64,000 nucleotides of DNA, from NCBI GenBank assembly GCA_963665295.1, contig OY762209.1, positions 320,001 through 384,000 on the forward strand. Direction: 5' to 3'. A program made the translations under genes and the position numbers. The notes under the pieces were generated by a model. The model worked only from the letters and a program-made list of their open reading frames with translations, was not told where the DNA came from and ran no database searches. Positions 1-9,523 of this stretch are shown here, one piece after another. The first letter of the stretch is position 1; each line of letters opens with the position of its first letter. This DNA comes from Syntrophorhabdaceae bacterium (GTDB lineage Bacteria; Desulfobacterota; Syntrophorhabdia; Syntrophorhabdales; Syntrophorhabdaceae).

Positions 1-1
1 C

Positions 2-892
2 TTTGCCGGACTTTTCACCATCATGCAAGGCCGTCCCGTCACGATCAGGACTCTCGACCCCCCGCTCCACGAGTTCCTGCCTCACGAGGAGAAGGATATC
101 CGGGACCTCGCTGCCAAGATGGGCATTACCTGCGAACGGCTCGAAGCTACGGTGGCCGGCCTCAGGGAAGAGAACCCCATGCTCGGTCTCAGGGGCTGCA
201 GGCTTGGCATCCTCTACCCCGAGATCACGGAGATGCAGGTCAGGGCCATATTCGAGGCCGCCTGCGACGTGAAGCGGTTGGGGATAGAGGTGAATCCCGA
301 AATCATGATACCCCTCGTGGGCGATGTGGCGGAATTGAGCCTTCAGGCCGGGGTAGTGGACCGGACGGCCAAAGAGGTCTTCGCGGAACGGGACATGGCA
401 ATCGATTACCGCGTGGGGACCATGATCGAAGTCCCAAGGGCGGCGCTGACGGCGGACGAAATTGCCGGACGGGCCGAGTTCTTCTCCTTCGGCACCAACG
501 ACCTGACCCAGACCACCTTTGGCATGAGCCGGGATGACGCGGGAAAATTCCTGCGCCTTTACGCGGAAAAGAATGTGCTCGACTACGACCCCTTCCAGCG
601 CATCGACGAAAGGGGCGTGGGAAAACTCATGAAGATGGGCGCCGAACTCGGACGGAGGACCCGTCCCAACCTGAAGATCGGCATATGCGGCGAGCACGGG
701 GGAGAGCCCAACTCAGTCAAGTTCTGCCACCGCATAGGGCTCAACTATGTGAGTTGCTCACCTTACCGTGTCACCACCGCGCGTCTGGCGGCAGCCCAGG
801 CGGCAATAGAAGAGAAGCGGGAGTCACGGGCAATCGACGAAGCGGACGGACAGGAGGATGCCGGGCTGAAGGCGGTGCGGGCCGCCCTTTGA
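2..892 (+). CDS. ppdK: Pyruvate phosphate dikinase, C-terminal part (5' truncated by window edge)
   Basis: Motifs [40 protein letters not shown] and [10 protein letters not shown] of the PEP-binding TIM barrel; frame is open from position 2. Confidence 0.95.
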   Translation, partial: FAGLFTIMQGRPVTIRTLDPPLHEFLPHEEKDIRDLAAKMGITCERLEATVAGLREENPMLGLRGCRLGILYPEITEMQVRAIFEAACDVKRLGIEVNPEIMIPLVGDVAELSLQAGVVDRTAKEVFAERDMAIDYRVGTMIEVPRAALTADEIAGRAEFFSFGTNDLTQTTFGMSRDDAGKFLRLYAEKNVLDYDPFQRIDERGVGKLMKMGAELGRRTRPNLKIGICGEHGGEPNSVKFCHRIGLNYVSCSPYRVTTARLAAAQAAIEEKRESRAIDEADGQEDAGLKAVRAAL

Positions 893-925
893 CAGGCGAG
901 AGAGCGGTCAAAGGAGGGTGACGGC

Positions 926-3900
926 CTACCGGTCGAGCACCTCGCGGATCTTCCGGAGAAGCGTCACCGGGGACAAGGGTTTGGCAATGAAGTCGATCTC
1001 CTTGTCCTCAATCCCTTTGTCGAGGATGATATCCCTGGTGTATCCGCTGGTAAAGATGACCCTGATATGAGGCCGCAGCCTGTGAATCTCTTCGTAAACC
1101 TCCCGTCCGTTCTTCTTGGGCATCACGGAGTCCACGATAATGAGGTCTATATCCTCGTGCTCCGTGAATTTCCGTATCGCATCTTCGCCGTCCACGGCCT
1201 CGATGGGCTTGTAGCCGTATTGCTGCAGTACATCCCGTATAAAGTGCCTTACCCCTTCATTGTCTTCGGCCACGAGAACCGTCTCCGTCCCCCCCTTGAC
1301 GGGGGCCGCCTTCGGTTCTTCCTGGTCGGCGGGTGCCTTTATTATGGGGAGATAGATGTGAAAGACAGCGCCCCTGTCCGGTTCGCTGTCCACGGTAATG
1401 TACCCGCCGTGCTGTTTCACGATGCCGTAAACGGTGGCAAGGCCGAGGCCGGTTCCCTTTCCCACCTCCTTCGTGGTGAAGAAGGGGTCGAAGATGTTCG
1501 CCAGCGTTGCCTCGTCCATGCCCGTTCCTGTATCGGACACGGTTAATTCCAAATATTTTCCCGGTTCCCCGAACCCTTGGGCCCTCATCAACTCGCCGCC
1601 TACCTCGACCACATCGGTCCCTATGAAGAGCGTTCCGCCGTTCGGCATGGCATCCCTTGCATTGGTGATGAGGTTGAAAAGTATCTGGTCCACCTGCGTC
1701 TTATCGGCCATGACCATGGCGCCGCCCGCGGCAAGGGACGTGCGCAGTTCTATATCCTCGGTAAGGAGCCTTTTGAGCAGTCTCTTCGTCCCTTTTATCG
1801 TCATGTTTATGTCAAGGGGGGCAAGGGCTACCGGTTGCTGCCTGCTAAAAGCAAGGAGGCCCTGGGTAAGGTCGGCCGCCTTCCGGGTAGCCAGGACAAT
1901 GGGCTCCACGTATGACATCAACGGGTCCGTCTTGTCCATGTTCATCTGGAGGAGACTGCTGTAACCGATGATCGCGGTGAGGATATTGTTGAAGTCGTGG
2001 GCGATGCCGCCTGCCAGGGTGCCTATGGCTTCCATCTTTTGAGCCTGGCGAAGCTGGGATTCGAGCAGCCGCAACTCGGTAATGTCCTCGCAGGCCGTCA
2101 GGAAGTCGCCGGAGGCGAGCACCGATGGAATGAAGCTCACGATCTTCTGGGTCCCATCCTTGCAGGTTACGGTAAAAACCCTCGGTTGCCGGGTTCCCGG
2201 CTTCGCAGTTCCCGAGTCCTTGATCCACGTGGATATCACGGTATGCCGGTATTCGGTATTCGGATAAGCCTTTCTGAACCATGTCCTCCCATCGGGGATT
2301 TCCGAGAGGTCAAACCCGAACAACTCTCTAAACTTGGGATTGATATAGGTAAACCGGCCGTTTTTGTCAACGAGGATCATCCCGAAGGGGGCATTGTCTG
2401 AGAGGGTCTTCAGCTTGTCCCTCTCCGCCTGTAGCGTCTGTTCGCTTCTATGGAGGGCCTCTTCCGCCTGTTTCCGGTCGGTAATGTCCCTCAGAAACAC
2501 CAGGCTGTCAAAGCTGCCTTTATACATGATCCTCGTTGCGGACACATCGAGGAACATGGTACTCCCGTCTTTCCTTACTCCCTTGAATTCGTAAGTCGAG
2601 GGGACATTGTCGCCACGCTGCCTTCTCCCGTTGATGTCGATGACCCGTTCCATATCGTCGGGGTGGACCGTGATGGAATGGGACTTGCCGAGTACCTCCC
2701 CGGCGTTGTCGAAACCGAACATATCGACAAATCTCTGATTCACGTATATATGCACACCTTCCCCAACGATCGCTATCCCGTCCCTCGAATGCTCGACTAC
2801 GGTCCGGTAACGCTCTTCAGACTCTTCCAGGGCTTCGATCGAGCGCTGGCGCTCGGTAATTTCGTGGGCAAAGATGGTTACTCCCGACACCTTTTTCTCC
2901 TCGTCAAAAAGAGGATAGCAATAGTGTTCGAAAGCCCTCCCGGACCTCGTGTCCTCGAAATAGACCGGTCCGCCCGTGGCAATGACCCTGCGGTGCCGTT
3001 CTTTCCGGCGCCGGGCCACGTCAGGCGGAAGATGGTCATAGAGACAGGTCCCCACAAGCTCCGGGACCGTCTTCCCCAACCTCTCGGCCCCTACCTCATT
3101 GCACAACATTACGGTGCCTTCCGTATCGATGAGCACCATACTTTCGTGGACGGCGTCGAAAAACGCCTGGAGCGTCCTTTCTCTCTCCTTCAGGGCCTCC
3201 GATGCACGCCTGTGATCGGTAACGTCGCGGATCGACTCGATAGCCCCTATAATCTCGCCCCTCTCGTCGCGAAGGGGGCTCGCCTTACCCCATAACGTCC
3301 TGCTTTGCCCTCGCACGCAGGGCACGTCCGTTTCGGTATAGAGCGTGTCCCCGTCCTTCTTTATGAATGAATACTTCTTCGCAAAATCATCATCCCACAT
3401 AAAGAGGAAGTCCATCAGGATCGGACGTCTCTCTCCGTAGAAGGGTATGGCGTATTCATAGTTTCCCTTGCCGAGCATCGATTCGGCGGAAAAACCCGTC
3501 ATCTCCTCGGTAGCCCTGTTCCATGAGATAATTTCCCCCTTAAGGTCCATGGCAAAGGTGGCGTCGGGCAGAAACTCGATGATGTTGGAAAGGAGGCTCT
3601 CGGAATTCTTCAGCGCCTCTTCGGCTTCCTTCTGTTCCGTGATGTCCCGGAAGATCCCCACGGCATGCCACCCGTCCCTGAACCGCTCGGCGGAAAGGGA
3701 CAAGGCCACGACAATCTCCCTGCCGTCTTTTCTGATGGCCTGCAATTCAACTGTCGTTCCCACCCCTTCTCTATGGCCGGTGCTCAGGAAACCGGGATAC
3801 GCGGCCCGGTACGCTTCATGATATCCCTCGGGTGCAACAAGCTCGTGCAGGTTCCGCCCCACGGCCTCGACACTCGAATAACCGAACATGCGTTCCGCGG

Positions 3901-4852
3901 CAGGGTTCCAGTACGATACCCTGCCCTCGGGGTCCATCATCAGGATGGCGTCACGGGAGCTTTTAAAGAGGGTCCGGAACCGCTCATCGCTCTCCCTTAG
4001 CGCCTCTTCGGTGTGCTTGCGCTCCGTAATGTCAAGGATGGCCCCGATGAGCCCGCTCACGGCCCCCTCACTGTCGGTGAGCGCCGCCTTGCTGAAGATC
4101 ACATAACGCAACTCGCCGAGGGCGTTCTTCATGAGGGACTCGTATTGCTGCACTCCTCCCCTCTCGAAAAGCTCGTCATCCTTGGCGCGGTAAATTTCTG
4201 CGAGGTCCCGGGAATAGAGGTCGAATACGGTCTTGCCTATGAGCCGTTCCCTCGATTCGCCGGAAAACACCTCGAAAGCCCTGTTGCAACCACGGTATCG
4301 TCCGTGCCCGTCCTTGTAGAAAACCGGAATAGGAATGCCGTCGAGAAGCGCATTGAGAAAGCCCTCGCTCTCCCGCAGCGCCTCTTCGGTACGCTTCCGT
4401 TCGGTGATGTCCCGGATAATGCCTGCAACCCCCACAATCTCGCCCTCCGCGATCACGGGAAACTTGTAGGTTTCAAAGAACCTGTCATCCACCGGTTCAA
4501 CAGCGGCCACGACCCGCTTCTCCCGGATGGCCAGTCGATCGCTCTCCTCGCATGCGGCAGCGGCTTCCCAGGGCATAAGCTCCTTGTCCGTCCTGCCCAG
4601 GATATCGGCCTCCCTGCATCCGAAGAACCGGGCGTTTGCGGAGTTGACCAATCGGTAGCGTAAATCGAGGTCTTTCAGAAAGAAGAAATCCGGACCCGCG
4701 TCGATGAGGAGCCGAAGTCGTTCCCTGGAGGATATGAGTTCTTCCTCCCTGCGCACGTGCTCGGCATCGGATCGTTCCAGTTCCTGAATTCTCTTCTTCA
4801 GGATGGATATCTCTTTGACCAGTTCGGCTTCTCTTCCGGATGGATCGTCCAT
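926..4852 (-). CDS. Multi-PAS hybrid sensor histidine kinase/response regulator
   Basis: About seven PAS/PAC repeats ending in DIT/DVT, HisKA QAQKMEAIGTLAGGIAHDFNN, HATPase DPFFTTK...GTGLGL, C-terminal receiver (VAEDN, DSVMP, KP). Confidence 0.93.
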   Translation of the reverse strand: MDDPSGREAELVKEISILKKRIQELERSDAEHVRREEELISSRERLRLLIDAGPDFFFLKDLDLRYRLVNSANARFFGCREADILGRTDKELMPWEAAAACEESDRLAIREKRVVAAVEPVDDRFFETYKFPVIAEGEIVGVAGIIRDITERKRTEEALRESEGFLNALLDGIPIPVFYKDGHGRYRGCNRAFEVFSGESRERLIGKTVFDLYSRDLAEIYRAKDDELFERGGVQQYESLMKNALGELRYVIFSKAALTDSEGAVSGLIGAILDITERKHTEEALRESDERFRTLFKSSRDAILMMDPEGRVSYWNPAAERMFGYSSVEAVGRNLHELVAPEGYHEAYRAAYPGFLSTGHREGVGTTVELQAIRKDGREIVVALSLSAERFRDGWHAVGIFRDITEQKEAEEALKNSESLLSNIIEFLPDATFAMDLKGEIISWNRATEEMTGFSAESMLGKGNYEYAIPFYGERRPILMDFLFMWDDDFAKKYSFIKKDGDTLYTETDVPCVRGQSRTLWGKASPLRDERGEIIGAIESIRDVTDHRRASEALKERERTLQAFFDAVHESMVLIDTEGTVMLCNEVGAERLGKTVPELVGTCLYDHLPPDVARRRKERHRRVIATGGPVYFEDTRSGRAFEHYCYPLFDEEKKVSGVTIFAHEITERQRSIEALEESEERYRTVVEHSRDGIAIVGEGVHIYVNQRFVDMFGFDNAGEVLGKSHSITVHPDDMERVIDINGRRQRGDNVPSTYEFKGVRKDGSTMFLDVSATRIMYKGSFDSLVFLRDITDRKQAEEALHRSEQTLQAERDKLKTLSDNAPFGMILVDKNGRFTYINPKFRELFGFDLSEIPDGRTWFRKAYPNTEYRHTVISTWIKDSGTAKPGTRQPRVFTVTCKDGTQKIVSFIPSVLASGDFLTACEDITELRLLESQLRQAQKMEAIGTLAGGIAHDFNNILTAIIGYSSLLQMNMDKTDPLMSYVEPIVLATRKAADLTQGLLAFSRQQPVALAPLDINMTIKGTKRLLKRLLTEDIELRTSLAAGGAMVMADKTQVDQILFNLITNARDAMPNGGTLFIGTDVVEVGGELMRAQGFGEPGKYLELTVSDTGTGMDEATLANIFDPFFTTKEVGKGTGLGLATVYGIVKQHGGYITVDSEPDRGAVFHIYLPIIKAPADQEEPKAAPVKGGTETVLVAEDNEGVRHFIRDVLQQYGYKPIEAVDGEDAIRKFTEHEDIDLIIVDSVMPKKNGREVYEEIHRLRPHIRVIFTSGYTRDIILDKGIEDKEIDFIAKPLSPVTLLRKIREVLDR

Positions 4853-5261
4853 CAGGCCTCCCTATGGTGGTAAACGACGCAACAACAAACCAGAGAATTG
4901 TCCCACGCACGAAACAGTCAACCTGCGAACCGCGGGCACACACCTTTCATTGTATACAAAGCAAGTTCGAGATGTAGCCCTCACTACATATTATATCGGA
5001 TAATTCCTGCATATGGTTTAGAAAAAAAACACCCCGGGAACTCCGTTATCGTCCACCGAAGACCACTATGAGTCTCCAGCGGGCCAACCTTCCTGTGCCG
5101 CCTCGCAGCAGGCCTTGGGGACGGGAACAATCGGGGCGAAAACCAGGATTCGCCCGAAAAGCGGGGCAAGGGACCAAAGAGCCGTCGTCATCATAATTCC
5201 TCTGCATTATCCGGACTGGTGTAGTATACTTTTAGTGATAGAAGGAATCTTAGGGGCGACA

Positions 5262-6485
5262 ATGAGAGAAGATGAGAATGCGAGCAGGGAACAGCTTCTT
5301 CATGAACTTTCGAAACTCCGTGACCGGGTTTCCGAACTCGAAGGCCTGGAAATCGCCCATAAGAGGCAGGAGGGCAGATTAAGGGAGAGCGAAGAACGTT
5401 TCCAGACGCTTTTCAGGCATCACCACGCCGTGATGCTGCTGATCGAGCCCGATTCAGGAAAGATCGTCGATGCCAACGATGGGGCCTCCCGGTTCTATGG
5501 TTATACGCGGGATCAGCTTCTTTCCATGAATATCAGCGTCATCAACCGGTCGGATCCCTCGGAGATAGCCCGGAAGAGCCAAAGTGCCAAGAAGGGGGAA
5601 CGTAATTACTTTGTGTTTCCCCATCGCCTGGCGGGCGGGGAGGTGAAGACGGTGGAAGTGCATTCCACCCCCATCGATGTGCAAGGACAGACATTGCTGT
5701 TTTCCATCATTCATGACATCACGGATCGAAAGAAGGCGGAAGAGGAGCTTCGGGGCTATCAGGAGCGGCTTGAGGCTTTGGTCAAGGAACGCACCGCCGA
5801 GCTTGAAAGAAAGAATGAATTGCTTACCCTGGAGATTGCCGAGCGCAAGCAGGCTGAGATTGCACTCCAGATCAGCGAAGGGAAACAGGGGCAGCTTGCG
5901 TACGAACTTGAAACCATCATCGACAGTTTTCCCGGCCCGATCTTTTACAAGGACGCGGAGAACAACTTCTTAAGGGTAAACAGGTACCTGGAAGAGATGC
6001 ACCACCTGGCAAAAGACCAGTTGGAGGGGAAGAGTCTCTTTGACCTCTACCCCGCGGATTTGGCGCAGGCATACTGGGACGACGACATGGAGGTTATCCG
6101 AAGCGGAAAGTCAAAGCTGAACATTGAAGAGGCCTGGAGCACACCCGAAGGGCCGAAATGGGTGTTGACTTTCAAGATTCCTTTTCTCGATAAGACGGGC
6201 AAGATTGTAGGTGTGATCGGCATCTCTCAAAATATCACCAAGAGAAAGAAGGCGGAAGAGGACCGGGAAAAACTTATTGTCGAGATCAGAGAGGCGCTCT
6301 CAAAGATCAAGACCCTGAGCGGCCTGCTCCCCATATGCTCTTCCTGTAAGAAGATACGCAACGACAGGGGGTACTGGGAGCATATCGAGATTTACATAAG
6401 AGACCATTCGGAAGCGGATTTCACCCACGGCATTTGTCCTGAGTGTGCGGAAAAACTTTACCCCGAATATCACAAGAAAAAGTGA
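5262..6485 (+). CDS. Two-PAS protein with C-terminal Cys/His-rich domain (no kinase domain)
   Basis: Two PAS domains, coiled coil, C-terminal LLPICSSCKKIRND.GYW..IE.YI..HSEADFTHGICPEC; start moved to ATG 5262. Confidence 0.85.
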   Translation: MREDENASREQLLHELSKLRDRVSELEGLEIAHKRQEGRLRESEERFQTLFRHHHAVMLLIEPDSGKIVDANDGASRFYGYTRDQLLSMNISVINRSDPSEIARKSQSAKKGERNYFVFPHRLAGGEVKTVEVHSTPIDVQGQTLLFSIIHDITDRKKAEEELRGYQERLEALVKERTAELERKNELLTLEIAERKQAEIALQISEGKQGQLAYELETIIDSFPGPIFYKDAENNFLRVNRYLEEMHHLAKDQLEGKSLFDLYPADLAQAYWDDDMEVIRSGKSKLNIEEAWSTPEGPKWVLTFKIPFLDKTGKIVGVIGISQNITKRKKAEEDREKLIVEIREALSKIKTLSGLLPICSSCKKIRNDRGYWEHIEIYIRDHSEADFTHGICPECAEKLYPEYHKKK

Positions 6486-6592
6486 GTCCCGGCCATGTTC
6501 CAGAGGGAGGTCGGACGGGAAGCGGGACGCCGACCGTCACGGACTATTACCTCAGGTGTTGCCTTTTCCCATCTCGTGTATATATTACGATA

Positions 6593-6795
6593 AAAGAGCG
6601 TTGCATGCCCAAGGTCCGACAGGGCGTCAATGTCTGTGTATCATCGGCCCCTCAGAGGTGCGAGTAGGTGGCGAACCGGGTAATCCGGTCGAAGAAAAGC
6701 CCTTTTCTGCGGTACCTGGAATCCTACGACCTCCGCGCGTCCCTGGTTGACCTGAAACTCATTTTCCGACAGACCCGTGACTGCTGCTCTCTTTT
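6593..6795 (+). ncRNA. Candidate structured leader RNA or sRNA upstream of the MEDS gene
   Basis: Nested pairings 6595-6600/6785-6790, 6632-6637/6769-6774, 6655-6668/6723-6733, hairpins 6675-6689 and 6693-6708; TTGCCT-N16-TATATT just upstream; no family recognised. Confidence 0.3.
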
Positions 6796-6828
6796 TCAAC
6801 GGCACGGTAATCGAGGAGGGTAAGAAAA

Positions 6829-7476
6829 ATGAAGAAGGTAGCCGGGGCGGGATCGGGGAACGGGAAAGTCCCCATGGGATTTACCCGTGAGACGTTTCCG
6901 CGGGGCATTCACATGTGCTACATATACAGCGATGAAGTCGAGCGAAACAAGACCATCCTCCAATTCCTCGAGAGCGGGCTGGCAAACGGAGAAAAGGCGG
7001 CTTACTTCGCCGACGTGCCATCCATACCCGAACTGGAGAGATACGGGGATGCCCTGGGTCTCACCAGGCTCTGCGAGAAACACGGAGAGCGCTTCTGTCT
7101 GGCGACAACCCGTGATGTGTATTATCCCGACGGGACATTCGTACCCGACGAGATGCTCGACAGGCTGGACACGTTCTACACGGAAAGTATCCAGGAGGGG
7201 TTCACGGGGGTGAGGGTGGTGGGGGAGGCTTCCTGGTTGGCCGGGGGCGTGCCGGGCTCTTCCCGGTTCATGGAGTACGAAGCCCGCGTCAACAATCTGA
7301 AATGCCCTGTCAACGCGATCTGCCTGTATGATGCACACCTCTTTGACGGCGCGACGCTGCGTGACGTATTGGCCGTCCATCCCATGATAGTCGTCCAAAA
7401 ACAGATAGTCAAGAATCCCTACTACATAAAGTCCGCCTGGCTCTTGAGGAAATACCTGGGACTCGATCGGGGTTGA
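6829..7476 (+). CDS. Stand-alone MEDS domain protein
   Basis: HMCYIYSDE, FLESGL..GEK, GVRVVGEASW, MEYEARVN, AICLYD..LFDG..L.DVL.VHP; SD GAGGAGG. Confidence 0.85.
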   Translation: MKKVAGAGSGNGKVPMGFTRETFPRGIHMCYIYSDEVERNKTILQFLESGLANGEKAAYFADVPSIPELERYGDALGLTRLCEKHGERFCLATTRDVYYPDGTFVPDEMLDRLDTFYTESIQEGFTGVRVVGEASWLAGGVPGSSRFMEYEARVNNLKCPVNAICLYDAHLFDGATLRDVLAVHPMIVVQKQIVKNPYYIKSAWLLRKYLGLDRG

Positions 7477-7610
7477 AACATACCCGGGCTTGCCCGCCAT
7501 GGCGGGGGTCGAAAAAGCCCGTTCTTCTATCGACAACTGATCGGGCGGGGTTCCATGACCCCGATACCCGCACGGTCTTTCCGGCAAGGGCCGTATGACA
7601 CGAAGCCCGG

Positions 7611-8393
7611 TCAGTCCTTGTCCGGCGCAGGCGCCTGACCCCGCTCTTCCTTTGGGACGATGAGGCCTTCCGACACCCGGTGCAGGGCATCGAGGAATCG
7701 GGCATAAAGCCCTTCTTCCTGTTCCTTGCCCAGGGCTGTTTCCGCGTCCCGGAGCCCGTGCAACTCGCGAAGCATTTCCGGACTGAGACCGAACTGGTGG
7801 GCGAAGGCCTCGATGATGTTCTTCTCGCTCCCGTAATTGCCGCCTCTCGCGGACAACAGGATTTCGAGGGTTTCGAAGAAGCGCTTCGCCTGTTGGGCCA
7901 TGATGGCGGTGAGTTGCTGCCCGTTGTTCACAAGGTAATGACGCCGCATTCTGAGCAACATATTCATGAGGCGCTGGCGGATACGGAGAAGGGCATAGTC
8001 CGTTTTCACTTCCAGGTCCGCCAGGAAGTCTATTCCATAAAGGAGTCTGTACCGGTTCTTCATGGCCATATACTTGAGCGGAAAGATATCGACGGTGGCA
8101 CGGACGTCCTCCTCGGTGAGAAAGAAGGGCGCAAGGCTTCCCTTCCGTCCTCGCGCCACAGGCTCAACAAGCTCCTTTAAGGCGGAGAGGTCGATCCGGT
8201 CGACGAGGATGAGCAGGTTCACGTCGCTCCTGCCCGGACGATAGGCTTCCGACGTTGCGCTTCCGTACAGGATTGCCGACTTGACGGACCCGTGCGGGAG
8301 GCCCCTCAGTGCGGAGAGAAGTTCCTCCAGGGCACCCCTTTCCTCTTCTCCCAGCTTCGTTCCTGTCAGTGCGCCATCACGTAATGAATTCAT
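7611..8393 (-). CDS. Nucleotidyltransferase-fold (Pol beta superfamily) protein
   Basis: ILYGSA...SDVNLLILV (GS...DxD-like motif with Asn in place of the second Asp) followed by a helical domain; ATG 8393 with GAGGGA upstream. Confidence 0.75.
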   Translation of the reverse strand: MNSLRDGALTGTKLGEEERGALEELLSALRGLPHGSVKSAILYGSATSEAYRPGRSDVNLLILVDRIDLSALKELVEPVARGRKGSLAPFFLTEEDVRATVDIFPLKYMAMKNRYRLLYGIDFLADLEVKTDYALLRIRQRLMNMLLRMRRHYLVNNGQQLTAIMAQQAKRFFETLEILLSARGGNYGSEKNIIEAFAHQFGLSPEMLRELHGLRDAETALGKEQEEGLYARFLDALHRVSEGLIVPKEERGQAPAPDKD

Positions 8394-8420
8394 TTTTTCC
8401 CTCTCTTGTGTCACGGATAA

Positions 8421-9503
8421 TCACCCGCAACCCCCGTTCGCCGCGGCCCGGGGCACGTTCTCCTCCCTCCGGCGGGCCAACCAGCATCCCGGATCGGCGC
8501 AAAACGGTGAGCCGGTCATGGCGTGGGACAGGCATCTAAGCCCGCCCCGGCAGACTTCTGCGTAAAAACATTCCCCACAGCCCTCGGCGATCCGGTCCCT
8601 CTCCCGGAGGCTCACGAGGAAATCACTTTCGCCATACAGCCGGGCAAGGGGGGCGCTCATGACATTCCCTATGGGAACCGCCATTCTTCTGCACGGGTAG
8701 AGGGTGCCGTCCGCCCCAAGGGCGAGAAGGGTGCCTCCTGCCCCGCAGCGATAGGGCTCACCCCCGCCCACGATGAACTGGAGAGCGCGGCCCATGGCTA
8801 TCTCCGTGTGTCCAAGCCATGATCTTTCCGCCTTTTCTCTGGCCTTTTGCAGTATTTCAAAAAACTCTTTTGTCTCTTCGGGAGAAAGGGCCTTATCCGC
8901 CATGGCGGCGCCTCCGCCTGCGGGAATCAAGCGGTCCGCCCACACCCGCGCCACGCCGAGCTTGGTCCCTGCGTCGGCCACTTCTTTGAATTCCCGGTAG
9001 TTATCCTTGTGCGCCGTGAAAGAGATGTAGGCCCTCAACTTCTCTTTGCGTAAACAATCCACGCCGCGGAGGACCCGTTCAAAATCTCCCTTTCCCCTTA
9101 TCCTGTCATGGGTGGTCTTTCCGCCCTCCATGCTGACCTGAACGAAGGCCGGTTTCAACACCCTGAGACGGACTGCCGTTGCCTTGTCCAGAAAACTGCC
9201 GTTGCACAGGATCGCAAAGCTGAAGGTATCCCTGTGAGCCGACAGGGCCTCGAGGAAGGGAATAAAGTCTTCCCTCATGAAAGGTTCGCCGCCCGTGACA
9301 TTGATGTGTCCCCGCCTGATAGCCCGGGCCGCAAGGAGTTGCCTGTATTGTTCCACGACTTCGAGGAGTTCGCCGAACTTCAGCTCGGGGCCGGAATAGG
9401 TTTCCTGGTAACAGTGGCTGCACCGAAGATTGCAGCGATCCGTGACGTGCCATTGAAGGAGCAGCCTTCCCGGCCTTACGGGTCTTTTTCCCTTGTCTTT
9501 CAT
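8421..9503 (-). CDS. Radical SAM enzyme with SPASM domain
   Basis: QWHVTDRCNLRCSHCY (CxxxCxxC), TGGEP, QVSMEG; SPASM cysteines CGAG...GTLYPC...CGECFYAEVCRGGLRC...DPGC; start at MKDKGK (9503). Confidence 0.92.
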   Translation of the reverse strand: MKDKGKRPVRPGRLLLQWHVTDRCNLRCSHCYQETYSGPELKFGELLEVVEQYRQLLAARAIRRGHINVTGGEPFMREDFIPFLEALSAHRDTFSFAILCNGSFLDKATAVRLRVLKPAFVQVSMEGGKTTHDRIRGKGDFERVLRGVDCLRKEKLRAYISFTAHKDNYREFKEVADAGTKLGVARVWADRLIPAGGGAAMADKALSPEETKEFFEILQKAREKAERSWLGHTEIAMGRALQFIVGGGEPYRCGAGGTLLALGADGTLYPCRRMAVPIGNVMSAPLARLYGESDFLVSLRERDRIAEGCGECFYAEVCRGGLRCLSHAMTGSPFCADPGCWLARRREENVPRAAANGGCG

Positions 9504-9523
9504 CACCCGGTCCTGGTAGTCTC

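Noticed and set aside
6653..6670. AGAGGTGCG lysine-riboswitch-like start
   Set aside because: The other conserved L-box elements and spacing are missing
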